From an uncultured Eubacteriales bacterium (lineage in GTDB: Bacteria > Bacillota > Clostridia > Lachnospirales > Bianqueaceae): a DNA stretch of 25,144 bases. This document shows, in pieces, positions 16,687 through 24,658 of this stretch (positions are counted from its first letter, which is position 1; each line of letters starts with the position of its first letter). Made by a program: the position numbers and the translations under genes. The notes under the pieces are model-generated. The model saw only the letters and a program-made list of their open reading frames with translations. It did no database searches and was not told the origin of the DNA. The stretch lies in NCBI GenBank assembly GCA_900322165.1, contig ONYR01000005.1:1-25144 (forward strand), read 5' to 3'.

Positions 16687-17673
16687 TTACAATTGGATCG
16701 GATTTTCGAAAATCCGTCGGAAGCTTTCGGGAATGTCGGCCGTGATGCTTTTCCCTTTCAGATAGGCAAGAGCCTCCGGACATTCCCGAAAAACGATCTG
16801 AGCGGCAAGGAGCATCTGCGAATAGGTTTTTCCGTCCTTTTCCCTTCCGCCGTATTTGCCGTCCGCCAGGATCGGATAGCCGTGATGGGAAAGCTGCGCA
16901 CGGATCTGGTGGCTTTTTCCCGTCAGCAGCTCCACCCGCAGTAGGCTCGCGTCCTTCTCCTGCGCGATCATCCGAACCTTCAGCCGGCAGATCTCCCAGC
17001 CGTTTTCCAGCCTCGTTTTCTCTTCCTTTTCGCGATACTCTTCAACGCTGGCCATGTTTTGCTTCCGGTCTTTCCGGTAAAAATCCTTCAGCTCCGTTTC
17101 CTGCTTCCAAATGGTGGCTTGACCGGATACTGCCGCAAGATAGATCTTATCGATCTGTCTTTCCTTGATCATCTCCGAAAGAGCGCGCGCCGCCTGCAGC
17201 GTTTTGGCCATCAGCATGACCCCTTCGGTATTGCGGTCAAGCCGGTGCACGAACGCCGGCTCATACGTTCCCTCCGGCCATTCTCCCTTATCCTTAAGGT
17301 ATTGCCGCATGCACTCGGTCAACGACACATCCTTCGCTGTACTTTTCTGCGAAAGCATGCCGACCGGCTTACAGACCGCAAGGATGTTTTCATCCTCGTA
17401 AAGGATCGGAATATGATGGTAAGGCGCTTCCGGCTCTTTCTTTGTCTGATGATAACCGAACTCAGCAAGCTGTTCATCGGTCAGATACAGACTCACCTTC
17501 ATGCCTGCATGAAGCATCAGTTCCGCTTCCTTGGCATGCTTCCCGTCAACTCTCACCTTATTCTGCCGCAGAGCTTTAAACACAAAGCTGCGCGGGGCTT
17601 TGGGAAGCAGTTTTTCCAGATAACGGCCGAGCTTTCTGCCTTCATCGCCGCTTCCGAGAATCAGCTCGATCAT
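16687..17673 (-). CDS. RluA-family pseudouridine synthase with S4 domain (RluC/RluD-like)
   Basis: S4-like N-terminus, ILYEDENILAVCKPVG, catalytic HRLD, LLTGKSHQIR, GYPILADGKYG. Confidence 0.93.
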   Translation of the reverse strand: MIELILGSGDEGRKLGRYLEKLLPKAPRSFVFKALRQNKVRVDGKHAKEAELMLHAGMKVSLYLTDEQLAEFGYHQTKKEPEAPYHHIPILYEDENILAVCKPVGMLSQKSTAKDVSLTECMRQYLKDKGEWPEGTYEPAFVHRLDRNTEGVMLMAKTLQAARALSEMIKERQIDKIYLAAVSGQATIWKQETELKDFYRKDRKQNMASVEEYREKEEKTRLENGWEICRLKVRMIAQEKDASLLRVELLTGKSHQIRAQLSHHGYPILADGKYGGREKDGKTYSQMLLAAQIVFRECPEALAYLKGKSITADIPESFRRIFENPIQL

Positions 17674-18323
17674 GTCTCTTCCTCGCCTTCCAGGGTCTGT
17701 TCCCTGACTTTCCGGCGGATCCGCTGAATCGCATTGTCAACAGCCTTCGGACTCATTCCGAGTTTCTTCGCGATCGCCTGGTAGTCCGGATCCTTCAGAT
17801 ACAGCAACAGTACCTTGCGCTCCATTTTCGAGAGCCTGCCCTCGATCATATTCAGCAGTTCCTTCTCCGCAGACTGGCTCACAGCCCTTTCTTCCGGAGA
17901 AAGCGACGTTTCATCCGGCAGCAGATCGATCATGGACCGCTCCACGCCGTCTTCGTCAGGAATGACCTGATCCAAAGAGACAGCCTGATTCAGCGGTTTC
18001 TGCTTATCCCTCAGCGATGCCCTCACCGCATCGGTGATCTGCCTCACCATGCACAGATGAGCAAAGGAACGGAACCGCGCGCCCATGTCCGAACGGTAAT
18101 CCACGACCGCCTTGTACAGCCCGATCATGCCCTCCTGCACCAGATCCTCACGGTCAGCTCCCACAATATAGTAAGCCTTCGCCAGCCGCTTCACGATCGG
18201 CTTGTAGCGCTCAATGAGCACCTCGGTCTCCACCATCGACGAACTGCTCTCGCGGCTCTCGTGGATCCGGCGGATCAGCTCCTCATCGGTCAAAATCAGA
18301 AGTCCGGGATCATATGAATTCAT
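17670..18323 (-). CDS. sigH: RNA polymerase sigma factor SigH
   Basis: DREDLVQEGMIGLYKAV, FRSFAHLC, RDKQKPLN and KAVDNAIQRIRRK; downstream of rlmB. Confidence 0.9.
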   Translation of the reverse strand: MNSYDPGLLILTDEELIRRIHESRESSSSMVETEVLIERYKPIVKRLAKAYYIVGADREDLVQEGMIGLYKAVVDYRSDMGARFRSFAHLCMVRQITDAVRASLRDKQKPLNQAVSLDQVIPDEDGVERSMIDLLPDETSLSPEERAVSQSAEKELLNMIEGRLSKMERKVLLLYLKDPDYQAIAKKLGMSPKAVDNAIQRIRRKVREQTLEGEEET

Positions 18324-18332
18324 CTTGTATCC

Positions 18333-19082
18333 TCAATTAAACCCGCGCTGATGCGCCGCTTCGTACATGAGAATGCCGGCTGCGACCGATGCATTCAGTG
18401 ACGTAACCTTTCCCTTCATCGGAAGACTCACGACAAAATCACAGCGCTCCTTCACAAGACGCGTGATGCCTTCATGCTCCCCGCCGATCACAAGCGCCAG
18501 CGGGCCTTTAAGATTCGTCTCATAGATATTCTGCCCGTCCATGTCCGCACAGGCGGTCCAGATGCCACGCTTTTTCAGATCATCCACCAGCTTGGCTATG
18601 CTCGAGACCTTTGCGACGGGAACATACTCCAGCGCTCCGGCTGCGGTTTTTGCGACCGCTTCCGTCAGCCCGACCGCATTGTGCTTTGACACCACGACAC
18701 CGTGCACGCCGACGCACTCGGCCGTGCGCAGGATCGCTCCGAGATTGTGCGGATCCTGAATGCTCTCGCAGATCAAAAGGAACGGGGCCTCCCCCTTTTC
18801 CTCTGCCTTCTTGAGAATGTCTTCTACGTCGACGTATTCCGTTGCGGCGCACTGGACAACGACTCCCTGATGGTGACCGCCCTGTGCAAGCTCATTGAGC
18901 TTCTCGCGGTCACAGACCTGGATCGGGATGCGCATCTCCTTGGCCTTAGCCACGATCATCTGGAGCGAGCCTTGATACGGCGGCTTATCCACGAACATCT
19001 TCTCGATGCTCCGGCCGGACTTCAGCGTCTCTGAGACGGCATTCCGCCCGTAAATATACAGTGATTTCTCTGAATTACTCAT
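18333..19082 (-). CDS. rlmB: 23S rRNA G2251 2'-O-methyltransferase RlmB (SPOUT family)
   Basis: IYGRNAV, HHQGVV, IQDPHNLGAILRTA, LVIGGEHEG, SLNASVAAG. Start revised to ATG 19082, overlapping the mrnC stop. Confidence 0.94.
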   Translation of the reverse strand: MSNSEKSLYIYGRNAVSETLKSGRSIEKMFVDKPPYQGSLQMIVAKAKEMRIPIQVCDREKLNELAQGGHHQGVVVQCAATEYVDVEDILKKAEEKGEAPFLLICESIQDPHNLGAILRTAECVGVHGVVVSKHNAVGLTEAVAKTAAGALEYVPVAKVSSIAKLVDDLKKRGIWTACADMDGQNIYETNLKGPLALVIGGEHEGITRLVKERCDFVVSLPMKGKVTSLNASVAAGILMYEAAHQRGFN

Positions 19083-19533
19083 TTGATTTATCCTTTTCCT
19101 GAGCCGTTTCAAACCCGATATACCCAAGGCCCTTGCCGATCAGCTCCGCCAGTCTCTCCGTTTCCCCTTTCAGATACAGATAGCCAAGCAGCGCTTCAAG
19201 CCCCGTCGCCCATTTGTAATCGATTGGGGACTGGTTCTTCGGGATCGTTCCCGAATGCTGATTGCGGGCTTTTCGGAAAACTTCCTTTTCTTCCTCCGTC
19301 AGATCCTCCATCAGGAGCTTGACCATGCGCGCTTGCGCGGCCGCATTAACGACCGCAGAAGCTTTCTGATGAAGCTCTTTCGGATGAAGCGTCGTTTCCG
19401 ATACGAGCCTGGTGCGCACGTAGAGATCGAGGATCGTGTCCCCGACATAAGCCAGAGACAGCGGCCGGATATTCTCCGGTGCGATCTCACGTCCGCCAAG
19501 TCCGCTCTCGATTTTTAATTCCAGCTGTTTCAA
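19075..19533 (-). CDS. mrnC: Mini-ribonuclease III
   Basis: LAYVGD, VNAAAQA, FRKARN, YKWATGLEALLGYLYL. Probable TTG start 19533 overlaps the GNAT stop (TTGA). Confidence 0.92.
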   Translation of the reverse strand: MKQLELKIESGLGGREIAPENIRPLSLAYVGDTILDLYVRTRLVSETTLHPKELHQKASAVVNAAAQARMVKLLMEDLTEEEKEVFRKARNQHSGTIPKNQSPIDYKWATGLEALLGYLYLKGETERLAELIGKGLGYIGFETAQEKDKSNE

Positions 19534-20531
19534 GATCTCACCACCAACCGGCGTGCATTCGCCCATGAGACATGAATGCGGAAGCCGGCACCTTCATAGA
19601 TGTTGCGGGCAAAATTGCCTTCCGCTGTAAAAAATGTCATATACTCCGCTCCCGCCAGGCGAAATTCCTCGCACATGCGGTTAAACAGTACCGAAGCACA
19701 GCCGCATCCGCGGCATCTGGAGTGGACCGCCAGCCCAAGCAGCCAGGCTCGCCCGGACGGCTCTACGACGATCGGGCCGGCAAAGCCACCGACTCTGCCG
19801 TGATCATTCACGATCAGCATCGGCCTTGGGCCGCCCTTTCTGGCAAGTTCTGCCGGGATCTGCCAGTTCCACAGATCATTGTTCAGATCCTTGACCAGAT
19901 CATCAAAATCCGTGTGCCGTGCAGGATCGTAAAACTCGATCGTAAGGCCTCGATCCGCCATCCGCTTCTCATAGACAGCCATGGCCTCTTCCGGCCACTT
20001 GTAATCCGCGAAGCACTGATGGTAGCTGTTCTGGCAGTCAAAGTCTCTGAACCCGTTGTTTTTCAGGAACAGATGAGCCGGTGACCCGAGAAGCACGCCC
20101 TGCGCGTTATTGTGGAAATGATGATCCGTCTCGGGAAGATCCCAGCTCAGCATAACGGGGTTAAAGTATGAGACTTCCATCTCCAGCTTCAGCCCGCGCT
20201 CAAAGGCATCGATTTCCATCTGCTCCTGAAGACAGTTCAGCAGTCCGCGCCCGATTCCCTTTCGCCTCATCGAAGGCTCGACTTCGATCATGGTCAGAAA
20301 ATACCGCTTGATCCCACTGTCGAAGTGGCCGATGATGAAGCCGTTCATGACCTCATTTTCGATTTCGCAGAACGCAAACACCTCATCGCCTTGTTTGACC
20401 GGCGTCAGGAGCAGCGAAACAAAACCGCTTTCATCAAGCGGCCTGTAATACTGTTCCCCTCTCAGCGTTGCTTCATTAAACAAACGGAGCGCTTCCCCTG
20501 CTTTTCGCTCATCGAGTCGTTGATAGCTCAC
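19530..20531 (-). CDS. Tandem (two-domain) GNAT N-acetyltransferase
   Basis: Two acetyl-CoA motif A copies (MRRKGIGRGLL and CRGCGCASVLF) and YEGAGF. GTG 20531 follows GAAAGGA at 7 nt; ATG 20552 is an alternative. Confidence 0.85.
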   Translation of the reverse strand: MSYQRLDERKAGEALRLFNEATLRGEQYYRPLDESGFVSLLLTPVKQGDEVFAFCEIENEVMNGFIIGHFDSGIKRYFLTMIEVEPSMRRKGIGRGLLNCLQEQMEIDAFERGLKLEMEVSYFNPVMLSWDLPETDHHFHNNAQGVLLGSPAHLFLKNNGFRDFDCQNSYHQCFADYKWPEEAMAVYEKRMADRGLTIEFYDPARHTDFDDLVKDLNNDLWNWQIPAELARKGGPRPMLIVNDHGRVGGFAGPIVVEPSGRAWLLGLAVHSRCRGCGCASVLFNRMCEEFRLAGAEYMTFFTAEGNFARNIYEGAGFRIHVSWANARRLVVRS

Positions 20532-20545
20532 TTGCGCTTCCTTTC

Positions 20546-20579
20546 TTGACATTTATAGTGGATTGTTATTAAATAGCAA
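20546..20579. promoter_or_regulatory. Overlapping divergent promoters with a palindromic candidate operator
   Basis: Plus strand TTGACA 20546 with TTAAAT at 17 bp; minus strand TTGCTA, 16 bp, TATAAA; palindrome TTGTTATTAAATAGCAA at 20563-20579. Confidence 0.5.
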
Positions 20580-20612
20580 CAGTATATCCCAAATCTTTTC
20601 GGAGGTCAACGC

Positions 20613-21791
20613 ATGCTTTCAGACATCATGAAGAAAGAAAAAAAGCTCGTCATCGGACTGATGAGCGGCACCTCCGCTGACGGTGTCGACGCGGTGCTGG
20701 TGGAGATCACCGGCCATGGAATCAACACCCGTGTCCGTCAGCTGGCCTTTGTCTCGCCCCCGTATACGGAAGAAGTCCGCGAGCGCATTCTGCGCATTGC
20801 TGCGGGTGATTTCGGCGGTTCCAAAGAACTGTGTCTCATGAATGTGCTGCTCGGCGAGCTTTTCGCCGATGCCTGCGAAATGCTCTGCAAGGAAGCGGGC
20901 GTTGCGCTTTCAGATATCGATCTTATCGGAACCCACGGTCAGACACTGTACCATGTTCCGATCGCTGAGGAATACCTCGGACGACCCATCCGCGCCACCT
21001 ACCAGATCGGCGAGCCTTCCGTTCTTGTGGAGCGGATCGGCGCGATCACGGTTTCCGATTTCCGTGTCCGTGATATGGCCGCCGGAGGCCTTGGCGCTCC
21101 GCTTGTTCCCTACACCGAATACATTCTCTACAGTGATCCATCCTGCAACGTCGGTCTGCAGAACATCGGCGGCATCGGCAATATCACGGTGCTTCCCGCG
21201 GGCGGTAAGCTTGAGGACCTGACCGCCTTCGATACCGGCCCGGGCAATATGATGATCGATAATGTCATCGCGCGTATCACCAACGGCCGTCTTCGTTACG
21301 ATGACGGCGGAAAGATGGCCGCTTCCGGTCATGTTTCCGAAGCGCTTCTTTCTGAGCTGATGAAAGATCCTTACCTCTCCGTTAAGCCTCCGAAGACCAC
21401 CGGGCGCGAGTATTACGGCAATGACTACGTAGACCGCATCATGGCGATTGGCGCTTCCCTCGGGCTTTCCGGCGAAGACATTCTTGCGACCGTCACGATG
21501 TTTACGGCTTCGTGCATTGCACACTCGGCCAACCATCTCTGCCCGATCCGCCCTGACCGCCTCATCATCGGGGGCGGCGGCTCGCTCAATCAGACGCTGA
21601 TGCAGGATATTCGCTTCTGCCTGCCGGACGTTGAGGTCATGACCAATGAGGATCTCGGCTTTGATTCCGCCGCGAAGGAAGCGGTTGCTTTCGCCCTTCT
21701 CGCGAACGAATGCATCCACAGCGTCTGCAACAACGCTCCGGCTGCGACCGGTGCCCAACATCCGGTCATCATGGGAAAGATTTCCCAGTGA
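20613..21791 (+). CDS. anmK: Anhydro-N-acetylmuramic acid kinase
   Basis: IGLMSGTSADGVD, HGQT, DFRVRDMAAGGLGAPLVP, NIGGIGN, FDTGPGN, KTTGRE, KEAVAFA. Confidence 0.95.
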   Translation: MLSDIMKKEKKLVIGLMSGTSADGVDAVLVEITGHGINTRVRQLAFVSPPYTEEVRERILRIAAGDFGGSKELCLMNVLLGELFADACEMLCKEAGVALSDIDLIGTHGQTLYHVPIAEEYLGRPIRATYQIGEPSVLVERIGAITVSDFRVRDMAAGGLGAPLVPYTEYILYSDPSCNVGLQNIGGIGNITVLPAGGKLEDLTAFDTGPGNMMIDNVIARITNGRLRYDDGGKMAASGHVSEALLSELMKDPYLSVKPPKTTGREYYGNDYVDRIMAIGASLGLSGEDILATVTMFTASCIAHSANHLCPIRPDRLIIGGGGSLNQTLMQDIRFCLPDVEVMTNEDLGFDSAAKEAVAFALLANECIHSVCNNAPAATGAQHPVIMGKISQ

Positions 21792-21805
21792 GAAAGGAGT
21801 TTTCC

Positions 21806-22876
21806 ATGTCTTCCGTTAATACCGGTATTTCCAACGTTGAACGTTTATTTGATCTCGGCCTTGAGCAGAAGATCTATTCGGCCGGGGCAATCGCCATCGG
21901 CAAAGGCGATCGGGTGCTCTTTGAAAAAGCGGCCGGTCATGTCTCCTATGAGCCGGATGCTGCAGCCGTAACCGTAAATACCAAATTCGATATGGCCAGC
22001 TGCTCCAAGATCCTCGGCCCAACCTTCGCGGCGTTCCACATGATCGAAAATGGAGATCTCTGCCTGGAGGATACCCTCGGCGAGCTGCTCGATCATTGTC
22101 CTGAGGATAAAAAGCGCATCACCATCAAAAACCTGATGACGCATACCAGCGGCCTGCCCGCGGAGATCCTGCTCTGGAAAGAGCTGACGGATCCGTCCGA
22201 GGTGCTGAACTGCATTTTAAACACTCCGCTCGTATATCCCACCGGAACCAATGTCACTTACAGCTGCATGGGCTACATCACGCTTGCCAAGATCTTGGAA
22301 AAGCTCTCCGGCATGCCGCTGGATGAGATGGCTCGAAAATGGACCTTCGATCCGCTCGGCATGAAGGATACTCAGTACCGCGGAAATGATAAGGCGAGTG
22401 AGGATAAAACCATCGCCTATACCGAAGTCAAAAGCCTGTTCTATGAAGGCATCCCGGGCGTCGTCCATGATGAAAACGCTCGTTTTATCGGCGGTGTTTC
22501 CGGCAACGCCGGTGTTTTCTCGACTTTGCATGATCTCGAGCTCTTTGCAGCGATGCTCTCCAAAGACGGAGAGCCCCTTGTCACCAAGCGCCTGATGGAT
22601 ATCGCTCGCGTCAACTATACGCCCGGACTTGATGAAAACCGCGGACTCGGCTTCCAGCTCAGCGGCCCCTCCGCTACCTTCTTCGGCGATCTGTTCGGCA
22701 ACGACGGCTTCGGCCACACCGGCTACACCGGCACCTCGATCGCCGTTGATGCCAAAACCGGTCTCTACGTCGTTTACCTTACCAACCGCGTTTATCCCTC
22801 CCGCTCGGAAGGAAGACTCACACGGCTGCGCCACCAGATCCACAACGCCGCGGTCAAGGAATTCATCGGATGCTGA
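21806..22876 (+). CDS. Beta-lactamase-family serine hydrolase (AmiE-like), no signal peptide
   Basis: SxxK (ASCSK), LMTHTSGL, YSC at motif 2, GHTGYTG. Start revised to ATG 21806 behind AAAGGAG. Confidence 0.88.
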   Translation: MSSVNTGISNVERLFDLGLEQKIYSAGAIAIGKGDRVLFEKAAGHVSYEPDAAAVTVNTKFDMASCSKILGPTFAAFHMIENGDLCLEDTLGELLDHCPEDKKRITIKNLMTHTSGLPAEILLWKELTDPSEVLNCILNTPLVYPTGTNVTYSCMGYITLAKILEKLSGMPLDEMARKWTFDPLGMKDTQYRGNDKASEDKTIAYTEVKSLFYEGIPGVVHDENARFIGGVSGNAGVFSTLHDLELFAAMLSKDGEPLVTKRLMDIARVNYTPGLDENRGLGFQLSGPSATFFGDLFGNDGFGHTGYTGTSIAVDAKTGLYVVYLTNRVYPSRSEGRLTRLRHQIHNAAVKEFIGC

Positions 22877-22879
22877 GCA

Positions 22880-22972
22880 CTGCGCGCCGGCGGTGACACA
22901 AAGGATCTTCAGGTTCGGATAGCGCTCCCTAAGGATCGCTGCGCCTTTGTCGAAGTCCGTTTCACCCGTGTA
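22880..22972 (-). pseudogene. Short internal fragment resembling a PfkB-family carbohydrate kinase
   Basis: Translates YTGETDFDKGAAILRERYPNLKILCVTAGAQ, recalling the segment leading into the PfkB T-x-G-x-x-G motif; no credible RBS or remainder of the gene. Confidence 0.55.
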
Positions 22973-22992
22973 GTACTCCTTTTCCTCCAAGC

Positions 22993-23028
22993 AAAAAGGC
23001 GCTCAGCATTCAGCTGGGCGCCTCTTTT
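22993..23028. terminator. Bidirectional terminator between the anmK operon and pfp
   Basis: AAAA-AGGCGCTCAGC-ATTCA-GCTGGGCGCCT-CTTTT, an 11-bp stem with one G-U pair. Confidence 0.85.
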
Positions 23029-23060
23029 GATATCTGTTCTGTTTTGTGCTGCAGGATCTT

Positions 23061-24296
23061 TTACGCTTTGTGATTCGGATCCTTTCGGTACAGAAAGACC
23101 GGAAGTCCGTCCTTCATCGGAGGTCTCGATTCCCCTTGGATCAGGGGCAGCGCGTAAGCGGCAAACGCTTCTTTGACATCGGCAAGGTCCTCCGTGATCC
23201 ACTCCGTGGGAACTCCCCTCACTTCGTTACTGATCTCTCCGACCGGCTTGGCCGTGTAGACGATTCGGTACTCCTCGCCTTCTTCGCGCTCCATCGAGAT
23301 CATGCAGCCGGTTTTCCCTTCCAAAGCCGCGAAAACACCTTGACGTCCGCACTCAAATGCCTCCTCGACATCGGTAAGCGAGGCTTCCACGGCATTGCAG
23401 CGCTGCGTCACGTTCAGCTCGACCGAGCGCACTTTAACGCCCAGACGTACGCGTACCATCTGCTCGATTACTTTTCCGCACCCGGACAGCTGCTTATTGC
23501 CAAAGACGTCTTTTGTCACACCCTGGGTCAGTTCACAGATCAAAATACCGTCTTTGTCATGGATGCCTTCGGAAACGCAGACGACCACCGCGTGACGCTC
23601 CTTCAGCGCCTCTCGTATTCTTCGAAGCATATCTTCCGGATCAAAATCCACTTCCGGAAGGTAGATCAGCACCGGATTGTCCCCTTCATACTTTCTTGCC
23701 AAGGAAGCGGCCGCGGTCAGCCATCCGGCATTACGGCCCATGATCTCGACGATCGTTACCGCATCCTGACGGTAGACCTCTGCGTCAAGTACGATCTGCC
23801 TCACCTGCGCAGCCACAAACTTCGCGGCACTGCCATAGCCGGGGGTATGATCGGTCCCGGTCAGATCATTGTCGATCGTCTTTGGTACACCGATGATACG
23901 GATATCCGATCCGACCGATGCCGCGTACTGCGACAGTTTGTCCGCCGTATCCATCGAATCGTTGCCGCCAATATAGAGTACATAACCTATGTTATCCTCT
24001 TCCAGCCTTCTGAAGATCTCCGCGTACAGCGGATCCGACAGCTCTTTCGGCAGCTTAAAGCGGCAGGATCCGAGATAAGCGGCCGGCGTGGTTTTCAGCA
24101 ACCGAAGCTCCTCCTCGGTGAGATCAAGAAGATCTGTCTTCCTGCCCTCGAGATACCCTTTGATTCCGTTCAGCATGCCGTACACATGACCGATCTTGCC
24201 CGACTCCTTTGCCGCAGCTACAGCTCCGGCAAGCGTGCTGTTGATGACGGCGGTCGGGCCACCGGACTGACCGATGAGGATATTTGTAAGCTCCAT
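23061..24296 (-). CDS. pfp: Phosphofructokinase, PPi-dependent type
   Basis: GQSGGPTAVIN, LGSCR, GGNDSMDT, PKTIDNDL, EIMGRNAGW. Asp in GGND and Lys in PKTIDND are the established PPi-specificity residues. Confidence 0.88.
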   Translation of the reverse strand: MELTNILIGQSGGPTAVINSTLAGAVAAAKESGKIGHVYGMLNGIKGYLEGRKTDLLDLTEEELRLLKTTPAAYLGSCRFKLPKELSDPLYAEIFRRLEEDNIGYVLYIGGNDSMDTADKLSQYAASVGSDIRIIGVPKTIDNDLTGTDHTPGYGSAAKFVAAQVRQIVLDAEVYRQDAVTIVEIMGRNAGWLTAAASLARKYEGDNPVLIYLPEVDFDPEDMLRRIREALKERHAVVVCVSEGIHDKDGILICELTQGVTKDVFGNKQLSGCGKVIEQMVRVRLGVKVRSVELNVTQRCNAVEASLTDVEEAFECGRQGVFAALEGKTGCMISMEREEGEEYRIVYTAKPVGEISNEVRGVPTEWITEDLADVKEAFAAYALPLIQGESRPPMKDGLPVFLYRKDPNHKA

Positions 24297-24340
24297 TACT
24301 GAACGCCTCCTGTTCCAAGTGAAACGATATAAGCTTAGCC

Positions 24341-24369
24341 ATTATAAGGGCTAAAGGGTTACAAGTCAA
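24341..24369 (-). promoter_or_regulatory. Sigma-A promoter of pfp
   Basis: Minus strand TTGACT, 17 bp, TATAAT. Confidence 0.8.
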
Positions 24370-24392
24370 ACTGACAATCTGCCAAAAAGGAC

Positions 24393-24421
24393 TTGACATA
24401 AACGGCAGAATACGGTAGAAT
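24393..24421 (+). promoter_or_regulatory. Sigma-A promoter of tRNA-Thr
   Basis: TTGACA, 17 bp, TAGAAT, ending 15 nt before the tRNA. Confidence 0.85.
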
Positions 24422-24436
24422 AATCAGGCTGTAAGT

Positions 24437-24509
24437 GCTTCTGTGGCTCAGTCGGCAGAGCGACGCACTCGTAATGCGTAGGTCATCGGTTCGAATCCGA
24501 TCAGAAGCT
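24437..24509 (+). tRNA. tRNA-Thr (anticodon CGT), CCA not encoded
   Basis: Full 73-nt cloverleaf: acceptor GCTTCTG/CAGAAGC, D-stem GCTC/GAGC, anticodon arm ACGCA-CTCGTAA-TGCGT, T-arm ATCGG-TTCGAAT-CCGAT. Confidence 0.97.
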
Positions 24510-24511
24510 CG

Positions 24512-24552
24512 ATCCCTTCAAATCCGTTTCAAGCGGACTTGAAGGGATTTTT
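24512..24552 (+). terminator. Long hairpin/terminator directly after tRNA-Thr
   Basis: ATCCCTTCAA-A-TCCG...CGGA-C-TTGAAGGGAT followed by TTTT. Confidence 0.75.
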
Positions 24553-24590
24553 ATTTGCGCTTGCAAGTGCAGGCGGTAAGAAAACACACA

Positions 24591-24653
24591 AAGAGCCACT
24601 GATCCTGGTGTCCTCCTTGGGGGTAGCATATCACCATAGGGTCAGTGGCTCTT
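24591..24653 (-). terminator. Large hairpin just downstream of malQ
   Basis: Perfect 12-bp arms AAGAGCCACTGA/TCAGTGGCTCTT with further inner pairing, 5 nt from the malQ stop, followed by a U-rich tail on the minus strand. Confidence 0.65.
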
Positions 24654-24658
24654 ATCTT

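Noticed and set aside
20910-21761. 283-aa minus-strand ORF
   Set aside because: Antisense shadow of anmK.
21806-22876. Serine hydrolase as a beta-lactam resistance gene
   Set aside because: No signal peptide, motif 2 is YSC rather than YxN, and the anmK context points to cell-wall recycling.
22217-22990. 257-aa minus-strand ORF as a complete gene
   Set aside because: Most of it is the antisense of the serine hydrolase, and its TTG follows a terminator with no RBS. Only about 31 codons were kept, as a PfkB-like fragment.
23046-24302. 418-aa plus-strand ORF
   Set aside because: Codon-aligned antisense shadow of pfp.
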